This document shows positions 13,849 to 25,000 of a DNA stretch of 64,000 nucleotides, piece after piece. Within the stretch, counting starts at the first letter, position 1. The number at the start of each line of letters is the position of its first letter. The notes under the pieces are model-generated. The model made no database searches and had not been told where the DNA came from. It saw only the letters and a list, made by a program, of their open reading frames with translations. Position numbers and translations under genes: made by a program. Where the stretch lies: the NCBI GenBank assembly GCA_000165345.1, contig CM000432.1, forward strand, positions 992,001-1,056,000, given 5' to 3'.

Positions 13849-14293
13849 ATAGTTTTTGTTCGTTTTAATGTGTGTATATATTTATAAGTTTTATATTTAA
13901 TAATTGCAATTAACACTAGAAAATATTATTTGCTTATTATTTTTATAATAATATAAAAATTAGAAACAAAAATATTTAGGCTTTTATATTAAATCAAAAA
14001 AATAACTTATTTAAACAATTTGTTCTTTCTTTTTATATTAATTATTCACAATCTTTCATTAACTATTATTTTGTAAATCAATTTGGTATTCTTTTATTTA
14101 TTAAATCCTAGATTTGATTTTGGTAAATAAATATATTTATCAATTACCACTTTGATCTTTGTTAATAAGTTTTATCATATAACTGTATTATACTATTTTG
14201 TGCACTTCTTAAAGAAGAAATTGAGTAGAAAACCCCTCAAACTAATTTGTTTACATACAAAACATTCCCGCTCAAATCAATCAAATTTAGGTA

Positions 14294-14326
14294 ATGGCGC
14301 CTAACTTAAATATTAGTGAGAGGCGC
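14294..14326. promoter_or_regulatory. E2F-like box ATGGCGCCT plus a second GGCGC core, in the divergent promoter between coatomer epsilon and the DUF155 gene
   Basis: gtaatggcgcctaacttaaatattagtgagaggcgctt. Confidence 0.45.
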
Positions 14327-14654
14327 TTATTCTATTAATTGCAATAATGGAGCATAATGACATTATTTGTAGAAAAGAGTAACTTGCGATATTTAGGAAG
14401 AAAAATTAAAATTAATTTGTTCAAAATTAATTTATATATAAATAAAAATATATATATACATTTATAGATAAATCTGTAAGTGTGTATATATATTCATATA
14501 TATAAATATATATATATGAATATATATATATATAAACATTTATATATTTTGCATGATTTTATAAAGTAGATTCAACAAGAAGAGAGAGTATTGAACTGAT
14601 ATATATAATTAAAGCAATAGTACCTAAAGAAGAAGTAAGAATCATTTTATAAAT

Positions 14655-15620
14655 ATGGAAGATATTGACTTTCATTCAGATGGTAACTTGAAGAGTAGAC
14701 AATTCAAATCTTCAATTCGTGTTGCACGAAAACGAGCGGATATCCAAACATCTTTAAAAGAGCTCGAGCAAGAAATTAAAGAACCAGCTGGTATGGTATG
14801 GGCATGTTGCTTTGCAAATGAAATGGACTTTCCAATGATTCTTGAAGCTTGGAAACAAGGAGATTTATCTTCTAAACAAATACATATTGAAATGACATTT
14901 AGTGAGGTAGTATGCTTAAGATGGCTGCAAAACAGAATTTGTTATGTTTTTAAATTTGGCTGTGTTGTTGGATGGGATTTAACAAGAGCTGAAAGAGTTG
15001 CAATAGTCAATATATTAAAAACATTTATTAAGCAACCATTACATATAAGAACTGATGAATCTCAGGATGATGATATGACTTATGTTTGGGGAGAAAGACC
15101 ATCCATTAAGCAAGATAACATTCATTTAGTTTCCGATTCATTATTAGAAAGATTAAGTTATAGCTATGCATTAAGTCAAAGTGTAAAACTTTCTGTTTTT
15201 GAAAGTGTTGTTGATCAAAATATTGATAGTACCAGATCACTCCCAGAAAGCTTGGCTAAAAGTGGCACAATCAAAGATAATAGAGAAGATATTAGTAAAA
15301 GAATTGGTGAACTTTTTATTAATCGTTTTTATATTAATTTGCAAACTGATATTTTAGATACACCAGATATATTTTGGGATTTGCAAGATTATGAGCCACA
15401 TTATATTACTTGCAGAAATTATTTAGATATACCTAAAAGAGTTGAAATCCTTAATCAAAGATTGGATATCATTAAAGACTTATATGATATGCTAAATAAT
15501 GAGTTATCCCTTCAACACGGTTATAAGCTCGAATGGATTGTTATTTATTTGATTTGTGCTGAAATTGTTATTGAGGTTGTTTGGAATATATTAATTAGAG
15601 ATATTTTCAACCTTGTATAA
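14655..15620 (+). CDS. RMD1/DUF155-family protein (Sad1-interacting factor-like) with C-terminal transmembrane helix
   Basis: 321 aa. Its motif ICYVFKFGCVVGWDLTRAERVAIVNIL resembles the Y-x-F-x-x-G-x-VV-x-W core of DUF155. A C-terminal hydrophobic helix (WIVIYLICAEIVIEVVWNILI) is typical of the family. Confidence 0.5.
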   Translation: MEDIDFHSDGNLKSRQFKSSIRVARKRADIQTSLKELEQEIKEPAGMVWACCFANEMDFPMILEAWKQGDLSSKQIHIEMTFSEVVCLRWLQNRICYVFKFGCVVGWDLTRAERVAIVNILKTFIKQPLHIRTDESQDDDMTYVWGERPSIKQDNIHLVSDSLLERLSYSYALSQSVKLSVFESVVDQNIDSTRSLPESLAKSGTIKDNREDISKRIGELFINRFYINLQTDILDTPDIFWDLQDYEPHYITCRNYLDIPKRVEILNQRLDIIKDLYDMLNNELSLQHGYKLEWIVIYLICAEIVIEVVWNILIRDIFNLV

Positions 15621-16076
15621 TAATTTTTGTTATTTGAATTTTAATATTCAAATTAATTAGTTTTTTTTTTCAGTAGAAATTCATAATATTAACTATTAAA
15701 TATATAAAATTATTCAAATATAAATATTAAGTTCTTTTTCGTAATTATTTTTTGGTTAAATAATAAATTACATGTAATCATTTGCACACGAACTTTTTTT
15801 TTAATTTAATATTTTCTTCTATATACTAAAATTTTCTTAATATTACCTATTACTATTGATTTTTGCTTTAAATACTACCTATTTTCACAACTTATTTTAC
15901 TAACTACTATTGTATAAACAAACTACAGCAAACTTACTTCCCTTATCTCATTATTTTCTTTCTTATCTCCATTATTTTTTTTTTCTTTCCCCCTCCCCCT
16001 TTTCTTTTTCTCCCCCCTTTTGAAATTTATTTGACTAAACTATTTTGCATGTAAATTATAAAATATTTTATATAAA

Positions 16077-16085
16077 TGGCGGGCT
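16077..16085. promoter_or_regulatory. E2F-like variant ATGGCGGGC, about 570 bp upstream of the metacaspase gene
   Basis: tataaatggcgggcttttcg. Confidence 0.3.
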
Positions 16086-16203
16086 TTTCGAATATTAATT
16101 AATAATATGAACTAGAAATTGTTTTTAATCCACACAGTAATTAAAATACAAGTTATTTACAATACCAATAAAAAAAAAATAAAATTAAATTAAAAAAAAA
16201 AAT

Positions 16204-16234
<31 letters not shown>

Positions 16235-16649
16235 TTATATATAGATATATATAATATATATTTTAAATAAAGTACTATTACAAGTGCATTGAAAGAAAGA
16301 AAGAAAGGCAGGTCCAATAATTATATACAGATATCATCATACATATATTTCTGTTAAGTTCATGAAACTTTAAAATTAACAAATTGTTATATTTTAAAAA
16401 TAAAAGAAAATTTAACACATATGGTTGATCTAGTCTAATTGGTTTTTTATTTTATTTTAATTTGGAAATTACTATTACTAATTAACATTAATCAATTTTG
16501 ACTAAATTATATCTTACAGGAAAACTTATATTAAAAAAAACATCAAAAAAAAACAACAAAAACAAGAAATAAGGAAATATTAATTGATTTATATTTATGT
16601 GCATGTTATCGTATTTACAAAAATTATTTTAATAGGAAATTAAAAAAAA

Positions 16650-19448
16650 ATGAATGGGCATATCCCTAAGAAAAAAGCAGTCATTATTGGAATTAATTAT
16701 GTGGAAACAGAAGGAATTAGTTTAAGAGGTTGTGCAAATGATGCAAAGTTAATGGCTTTGACATTAATGTCTCACTTTGATTTCAATGCATCAGATATAA
16801 TCTTTCTAACTGATAGTGAACCAGATAGAGGTTATGATACTTTAGTTGATTCTCAAGAACCAATTTCATTCTATGATAACTGGCCAAGAGATGAAATTCC
16901 ACCAACAAAACATCATGATTCCAGAATATATCCAAATAAAAGAAATATTTTAACAGCAATAAATTGGTTAACTAGAGATGCAGAAGCTGGTGATATTCTT
17001 GTATTTTATTTTGCAGGACATGGAGTACAAGTAGATGTTCTAACATCATATGAAGGAGAAGGATATGATGAAGCACTACTTCCAGCAGATTCTACATTAT
17101 ACTTAGCTTCAAATGGTTCAGATTTAGATGAATATAATGTATTACTTTGCAGTGAACTTAAAGAATTATTATTGTGTGTTCCTCCTGAAACTCAATTGAA
17201 TGTAATTTTAGATTGTAATGGAGGTCAGACTATTTTAGATCCAGCTGGTAATTTGAATGGTATGTGGTATATTAAAGGTATAGTAACAAAAGGAATTTGG
17301 CCATTTCTTTCAGCTACTAATAAAGTTAAAAGAGCACAATATAATTCATCAGTATTTAAAGACGAACAAATGGTTCATAGACTTGTAAGACCAAGATATG
17401 TTCCTTGTGTTCAAATTGGTAATACACAAAACTTAAAAGATCCAAGTCTTCAATCTACACAATATGTATCTTTATCATGTAAAGGATATTGTTTTTCTGC
17501 TGCTCCATGGAGTCAAATAGCTGCTGAAGCCTCATTACCTTTGTTATCAGTTACTAGAAAGACTCAAGTAACAGATTCTTCAATGGGTTTATCAAATGGT
17601 CCAATTTCTACTCCTAATTCTCAATCATTTAATAGTTCTGGATTACTTTCATCTACAACAGAATCTAAATTAGGTGTAATAGAGATTCCAATATCTAGAG
17701 GTGGAGCTTATAATATAATTCATGGAGTTTTTACCTGGTCATTTTGTAAAGCTATTAGTGATATTGCTACTGGAATATTACAACAAGGAAGACCAAGGAA
17801 TGAACTTTCATATAAAACAATTCTAGCAAGAGTTAGAGAGTACATCTCATGCCTGAAAACTTCAATTCTTGCTCATTTAGATCAAAATCCAGAATTAACT
17901 ATTCATTCAGGAGGAGCTGGGACTGTTTCTGAATATTTTTGTTCTCCATTTGGAGGAGACAAAAGTATAGATTTTGATTTTGATCATTATTTTAGAATAA
18001 CTGATAATTGTATAAGACATTTAAGAAAGAACCAGAACTTTTTAATACCTCAAGAAGCTTACAATTCTATGTTACAAGCCAACAAGAATGATAACTTAGT
18101 TTTCCATTCTGTGAACCTAAGTATATTAAGTAAACCTATTAATTCATCTGAAAACCAGGTTTCACAAGTAGATTCCCCTCCAACATTTAGAGAAAACAAT
18201 GATCAGGAAGGCGAGAACAAGAAAGATGAATCCAATCAATTAGAAGATAGAAAAACAGTGGATACTAGTAAGAATATTAACCAAGATTTAGGTTCTGCTC
18301 CAAACTTAGCCTCAAATTCAGTTCCTATTTCAGCTCCTTCTTCTATAATAGGAGGGTCTATTCCAAATTCTAAAATTGGTCAATTCCCACCAAGTAATCA
18401 AATAAAAAGATTTGACCAAGAAATAATACAAAATCCCAATTTTAATTATAATGAAGATAATTTTACTCATTTTCCAGCATCCTCAGTTAATTTAGTTCCA
18501 CCAACTGCCAGTCTATTTAATCCAATAGTGTTCAACAATAAAAGTATTAATGAAGGTTTTCCTAATTACAACTTGAATAATTTTGACACAGAGAACAATC
18601 AGTTTTCAGATACTAATAATTTAAGAATAAATACAAATTCTTACTTGAATACCCAAAATGAAGTTATTATTGGTAAACATTTACATAAAAGTAATGAAAA
18701 CAAACCTTCAATAGGATTTAATACTTTTAATCCTTACTCACTGTTTGTTGGACCAGAATCTTCTAGTAACAATAACAACAGAAATAAAAATCAAGATTTT
18801 CATAATTTCAAATATCCTTTAGAACAAGTACAAATAAATGAATTAAAGCCACCAGTAAATGGAGTATTGTTTTCTAACCCAATAAAAAATATTACACCAA
18901 GAAACATTTCTCAAGTTACTCCAAATCAGAGATTTATCCAATCTCAAAACAATTTTCAAAACCCTCATAATTATACAAATATGAATCAATTCCCAGTACC
19001 TACATCATCACTATCATCCTCTTCACAACTTATAATACCTAATACTCCACCAACTTCTTCCTATAGAACATCAGATCAGCTAAATCATCCTAATCAAACA
19101 ACAAATTTTATTACTTACCCTCCTTTAACCTCAATGCAGTCAATAAACAAACATCTTGTTGCTCCAATTAGATCTCTTCCAAATTCTAATAATTTCCATC
19201 AACAATTACCTCAAACTGGGCATTTTACAAGCACTATAAATAGTCAATTTATGAACCCAGAACATTACTCTGATCGAAAGTTACTGAATTTTGGAGTAAA
19301 TGAACAATTCCTACAAATACCCAATGGATTATTCAATACTGTTAATCCATTCCCACCATCAAATCAAAGCAATAGTCAATTTTATCCCACATCTTTCGTT
19401 AGCTATCCTCCCAAACAACCAATAAATATGTTTGGCGCCCACATGTAA
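16650..19448 (+). CDS. Metacaspase-like (peptidase C14) protein with about 600-aa Q/N/S/P-rich low-complexity C-terminal extension
   Basis: The N-terminal 200 aa form a caspase-like fold. The catalytic His context is ILVFYFAGHGVQVD, the Cys context is LNVILDCNGGQTILD, and the conserved start is KKAVIIGINY. The rest is a compositionally biased tail (NPNFNYNEDNF, QNNFQNPHNYTNMNQF). Confidence 0.75.
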   Translation: MNGHIPKKKAVIIGINYVETEGISLRGCANDAKLMALTLMSHFDFNASDIIFLTDSEPDRGYDTLVDSQEPISFYDNWPRDEIPPTKHHDSRIYPNKRNILTAINWLTRDAEAGDILVFYFAGHGVQVDVLTSYEGEGYDEALLPADSTLYLASNGSDLDEYNVLLCSELKELLLCVPPETQLNVILDCNGGQTILDPAGNLNGMWYIKGIVTKGIWPFLSATNKVKRAQYNSSVFKDEQMVHRLVRPRYVPCVQIGNTQNLKDPSLQSTQYVSLSCKGYCFSAAPWSQIAAEASLPLLSVTRKTQVTDSSMGLSNGPISTPNSQSFNSSGLLSSTTESKLGVIEIPISRGGAYNIIHGVFTWSFCKAISDIATGILQQGRPRNELSYKTILARVREYISCLKTSILAHLDQNPELTIHSGGAGTVSEYFCSPFGGDKSIDFDFDHYFRITDNCIRHLRKNQNFLIPQEAYNSMLQANKNDNLVFHSVNLSILSKPINSSENQVSQVDSPPTFRENNDQEGENKKDESNQLEDRKTVDTSKNINQDLGSAPNLASNSVPISAPSSIIGGSIPNSKIGQFPPSNQIKRFDQEIIQNPNFNYNEDNFTHFPASSVNLVPPTASLFNPIVFNNKSINEGFPNYNLNNFDTENNQFSDTNNLRINTNSYLNTQNEVIIGKHLHKSNENKPSIGFNTFNPYSLFVGPESSSNNNNRNKNQDFHNFKYPLEQVQINELKPPVNGVLFSNPIKNITPRNISQVTPNQRFIQSQNNFQNPHNYTNMNQFPVPTSSLSSSSQLIIPNTPPTSSYRTSDQLNHPNQTTNFITYPPLTSMQSINKHLVAPIRSLPNSNNFHQQLPQTGHFTSTINSQFMNPEHYSDRKLLNFGVNEQFLQIPNGLFNTVNPFPPSNQSNSQFYPTSFVSYPPKQPINMFGAHM

Positions 19449-19795
19449 TAAATAGAAATAGACTAAAATGGCATCTAAGTTTAATTATTATCACTATTTA
19501 TTTATTTATTTACCTTACTTTTAGTTAGTTATAAACTGAACTTATTTTAAAGTATATATTAACTCTAAGAGGTAGTTCATTTTTGTTTAAATATTCCATG
19601 CAATGCATTCCTATTTGTAGATTTATAAATACAAATTGTGAGTATAATATTGATTTAAATAGAGGTACTTAATTCAAAGCATAAAATTTGGTCATTTTTT
19701 TTAACAAATTAATCAGCTATTCACTATCTTTAAATTATATTCTGTGCAATTATTCCTTTCTCTTGACCATATAAAAGTAAATTATTAATTTATAA

Positions 19796-19815
19796 TTTTT
19801 TTTTTTTTTTTTTTT
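19796..19815. repeat. poly(T) tract (about 20 nt), 40 bp upstream of an E2F box
   Basis: Direct read. Confidence 0.8.
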
Positions 19816-19848
19816 GCATTCGAATAATGATCCCGCTCTTTTTTTAGA

Positions 19849-19871
19849 TGGCGCCACATTAGTGTGAGGTC
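19849..19871. promoter_or_regulatory. E2F-like palindromic box TGGCGCCA followed by TTAGTGTGAGG, about 590 bp upstream of the maspardin-like gene
   Basis: agatggcgccacattagtgtgaggtcc. The same 11-mer flanks the E2F box at 12191-12213. Confidence 0.45.
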
Positions 19872-19989
19872 CAGAATTTATTTTGAATTAATTGCATAAG
19901 AAATACTAAAAAGAAGAAAATAAAAAGAAAGGAAAATTTTAATTTGCAAATGGAAATATAATTGTTTATATGTAATTGAGTTTGTAAGT

Positions 19990-20022
<33 letters not shown>

Positions 20023-20441
20023 CATTAATTTATATATATTCATAATAAATAACCAAAATAAAGATCTAAAAGGTTTATATATATTAAGTAAGAGAAATAG
20101 TATTCTAATAATTTAGTAAAATTTGTTTAATATTACAGAGCTTAAGATAATTTTATTAATAATAAAAAAGAAAGATAAAAGAAGAATATTTAAAAATATA
20201 TTTGAATTCAATTCTACTGAGTTTTTTTTTTTTTTTTTGAAACTTTTTTGGTATAGTAATGATATAAAGTTAATTAGAATAAAATTCAAGAATTACAAAT
20301 TTTTGAATTAATTTTACAGATAATTTCCGTATTTATGACATTTTGAAATTTGAAAAAAAAAAGAAAAGAAAAAATATTCCCATCTTTAATTTATTAATCA
20401 CCATTTTCAGTCTAAAATCGTATTAGAAACGAGGAGAGAAA

Positions 20442-21729
20442 ATGGTAAGAAGACTCTCAAGTGAATTTGGAGATTTTATCGAATCTTACCCTTTAAAAAG
20501 AACTACTATACCTTATTTAGATGGAATATGGACTTGGATTGATTGTAATCCAAAAAATGTGGAAAAAATTACTAAAATAGTTTCTCAAGAAAGTATTACA
20601 GATATTGAAGATATTACTGAAGATTACTATTCAAGGAAAACTGTNAAACANTTNNCTNTNNNNGATCNAGNNNAGCTTANTAAATTNAATAGNNCTTCAT
20701 TAAAATATAATAATAATAATAATAATGAAAAATACGAATCTAATGAATTTGATATAATTGTTATACTTCATGGTTTATCAGGAACTGCTGGTGAATACTT
20801 TATGTTTATGAAGAATATGTTAAAATGCGGATATAGAATAATTTCTGTACAATATCCAATATATGATGATATTAATGATTGGATAAGATCATTTTCTCTT
20901 TTTTTAGATCAACTTGAATTGGATTCAATACATTTATATGGAAGTGATTTAGGTGGTTATTTAAGTATAATGTTTTCACAAGAATTTCCTAATCGAGTAA
21001 AATCATTAATTTTGTGTAATGCTTTTGTATCAACATTAAATTTACCATTACCATCAATAGCTTCAACATTTTTATATTTTTGTCCACAATTTATTCTTGT
21101 AAAGTTAATTTCTGAAATTTTCAAAAATAGAGAAATATTATATTCACCAATAGAAGATATGGGATTTTATTCAACAGTAACAAATATTCATAAAGATAAT
21201 AATTTATATGATAAATTATATAATNCAATCATTAAATTTGTGATTGGACAATTATATTCACTTTCAAATCATGATTTGGCTTCTAGATTAAGTTTTGTAT
21301 TATCAGGTGATGAAACATTATCAATATTAAATTTGACAAAATTTTCAAGTATATTAGATAATAAAAGAATTACATTTTATTTCAAGTCCTGATAATTCTT
21401 TTGATGATCATAATTTCGTTAATTCAATAATAAAATTTGAAAATGTTAAACTTGCTCAACTAAAATATGGTGGGGACTTTCCTCATCTTTCAAATCCTGA
21501 TGATATTTCATTATTTTGTCAAGTACATCTTAGAAATTGTAATGCTAAAAAATATACTTATAAATCATCTAATAATGATTTGGTTAATAATAAACAAGAA
21601 TCTCCTAAAAAGTTAACAAGTTTAAATTCAAATTTCAGTCCAACAACTAGTTCAAGTTTTTATGAAATGCCTTATCCAGGAAATATTATTCATCATGAAT
21701 CATCTTTTGATTATAATATGATTAATTGA
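20442..21729 (+). CDS. Maspardin (SPG21/ACP33)-like alpha/beta hydrolase. The reading frame is broken by a +1 frameshift near 21385 and by N bases at 20645-20694 and 21225, probably from sequence quality.
   Basis: The core FDIIVILHGLSGTAGEYFMFMKNMLKCGYRIISVQYPIYDD...IHLYGSDLGGYLS...RVKSLILCNAF parallels maspardin PLIFLPPVSGTADVFFRQ...GYRVIALQYPVY...VHLFGASLGGFLA...RVHSLILCNSF. After the stop at 21392 the +1 frame continues with ...AQLKYGGDFPHLSNPDDISLFCQVHLRNC, matching the maspardin C-terminus [29 protein letters not shown]. The stop is at 21727-21729. Confidence 0.7.
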
Positions 21730-22055
21730 ATTTTCAATTAATTATTACATTAATTTAACTATTTATTTAAAAAAAAATGATAGTAATAATAAAGAAAATC
21801 ACCTTATTTCATAAATTTTATTTTATTTCACCTTTTTTTTCCTTAAAAAAAAAGTTACCTTATGCATGCATGCATTAAGTATCGTATAGGTATCGATCTA
21901 TTTTTTTTATCTCTGAAAAAAAAAAAAATTTTAATAATTCAAACAAATGTATATTTAATATAAATTAATAATCTATTTGTTAGTACTATGGAAAGAGAGA
22001 ATTAGTTATTTAATGAAAAATGATGGAAACTATTAAGTCAACCTCGAAAATAGCT

Positions 22056-25000
22056 TTAATGATTTAGTCTATCCGTTATAGCAATATTCAATGGAATCAA
22101 AACTGAAATTGTGCCAATAATGATAACTATCCTTAAAATAAAGTAGTATAATCTAATTGAAATTGAGGCTTTCCAAATATTTGAAGCTTTTCCATATTCT
22201 TCATCTGAGATATATCTAAATTTAGATGATAAAGGAAATGGATCATCATCTTCCATCATCAAAACTAAATCCTCTTCCAATTTTTTCTTGCTCTTCTTAT
22301 TATATTCTTTTAAAGCTTCCAGTATTTCTGAATATTCACAAAATTTTTCAGTCAATTGACTACAATATATTTCAGATCGAATCTTTTTATCAATCTTACA
22401 AATATTGTTATCACAAGTATCTGAATTCTTATTATTTTCGCCATTATCGCCATTAATCAATTTATTAATATTACTCTCAAACTTTTCATTTCTTGATTTT
22501 TCTATTAAATCTTTATTATCATTTGTATTCTTTTGATACAAGTTTAACAAACTTGACCATATTTTATTTATTAAATCTATTGAAGAGTAATAATATCTTA
22601 AAAATATGTTAAAGTAAATCCATTCCAAAGTTAATATTGTCAAAATATTTAAAGACGAAATCCTGGTAGCTAAATCCTGTTGAGTCTTAAAATTCAAATT
22701 TATGGTATCATTCATTCTTGCTCTTTTTCCTTTTCTATATTTTGTCTCCCAAGCTGAATTTGATTGGTCTTGATCTTGATCTTGATCTTGATCTTGATCT
22801 TGTTCTTGCTCTTGTTCTTGTTCTTGTACATAATTATCTTCATTACGAATATCTTCGCCAAAATCTGAACTTTTAATCCCTTCAGACTCTTTAAATTCTC
22901 TTAAATTACTATTATTACTACCGTTATTATTCGATTTTACTATACTTGTCCCATTTGAATTCAATTTAATTCCACCTTTTGTAGAATTCGTATTATTCTT
23001 TATTAAAGGTGCTAAAGTATCTCTTATTGTATCTAATATAGATGGAACAAATTTTGGTTCTGGTGGTATCTTTGGAAGAATATCCTCTATATTAAATGGA
23101 CCTCTTGTTATTAAATGCCAAAGAAGTCTATAAGATTTTGGTTTATCCATCTTAACTCCAATTCCTTTATTAAGAGCAATAGTATAATCCAAAATTGACT
23201 TAGGATCTCTACTATTTACTCCTTGCATAATAAATTTAAAAGCAGAAACTGGGTCTTTATTAACTCCAAAACTTCCTTCTAAAAATTGTTGAACCAAATT
23301 TTGAGTTGAAGAAATATCTCCATTTGATGATGATCTTCTTGAATAATAATGACTACACCAAAGTGATGAATTTCTTTTTAATCTTATTATTTCCGGTACC
23401 CTCTCTTCATCAATTTCAAGATCTAAATCCAAATCCAAACCCAAATTCATTCTTGGAAATATACTTTTTCCTTCTTCTTTTATATCTTCAAGATCATTCC
23501 CATCTATAAAACTTAAGAAATAATTATTTAACTTAATCACTAATTTAAGAATAAATGATCTATATACATAATTAAAACCATCATATATTTTCTTCAATAC
23601 TTTATACCATGGTTTTGGGTACCTTTGATGACTTCCACTTTTAGGCTTTTGCCAAAGTTCTAATAATCTATCAAATATATTAGATTCCTCTTCATCACCA
23701 TCATCATCATCATCCTCATCTTCCAATTCCCTCTCATTCTTAAATTCTTTTATTCTCAATCTTCTTGTCATTTTCTCAAATCTATCATAATAAGATCTTG
23801 GCCTCATCCAACAACTAAGAAACTCAGATACCCTATTCTTCTCCTTCTCTGACATATTTTCAGAGTAATTTAAATCCAATCTTCCTCTTAATGTTGCATT
23901 TTGTGAATCAAATATATCATAATACTTGAAATAACTTGAATTTAAATGAATTATTGTATTATCAAAGTTTATTGGAACATTAAAAAATACCTCCTTTCTA
24001 CTTGCCTTAACCAAACATAATGTTGAAGAAGAAATCCCACTCATTCTCATATCAAATTCACTTGGATACAATGTTGAATACTTTTCATTACTCTCATCTA
24101 ATAATTCGACTTTACATATACTCCTCAATTTATCATTCATTACAATATTATACAATATATTCAAAAAACTCTCCTCTTTTATAACATTACTATATAATTC
24201 TTTCTTCGATACCATCTTATTTTTATCAACGATACCATTATCGTTTTTATTCTCAAAAATCATTTTCTTAATTTCATTATTATAATACAAAATGGATTTT
24301 TCTTTCCATAAATCTTGTGAATTAATATGTCCCTCAATAAAACCTAATTCACTTAATGTCATTTCTCGAAGAAGAGATCCTACAATATCACCATTTTCAT
24401 ATGATCTTTTACTCAATAAGCTTAAGAATTTGACATGATTATTCTTCTTTACAACATGAGTTAAGTAATCAATTGAAGCAATACATCTACTTTCTTCAGT
24501 CTTATACTTTGTATCTGACCCTTTTAATGTTAATACTGCTGAATTAAAATAAGCAACAGTTCTCCCTCCTTCAGCTGAAAGTTTATAATATTTTAAAGCT
24601 AAAGTATCATTCTGACCTCCTGGAGGAATGACTCCCATCTTTCCTCCAGCATAAGCATGTGCTAGTATTAATTGAGCATTACCATCACCAAGATCTGCTG
24701 CTAATTTTAAATATTCACCAGCTATTGTAGAATTCTTATCAACATCTAATCCAAGTTTATATATATAATAATTAGCTAAAGCTGCAGCTGGTGGTTCTCC
24801 ATTTCTTACAACTTGTCTTAAATAAGGACCAGAATCTCTTTCTGTACCCATTGTACCATCTAAATTTAAAAAAGCTCTAGCTAAAGCACCTTGTGGATCT
24901 CCTCTTCTTGCAGATTCTTCCCATAATTGTGCAGCTCTATTCACATCTCTTGCAATACCACCAGCTTCATGTCCATAATAATAAAGTTCACCTAAGGATG

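Noticed and set aside
20123-20311. 62-aa ORF upstream of the maspardin-like gene
   Set aside because: It lies within an AT-rich promoter region containing a poly(T)16 tract and is low complexity.
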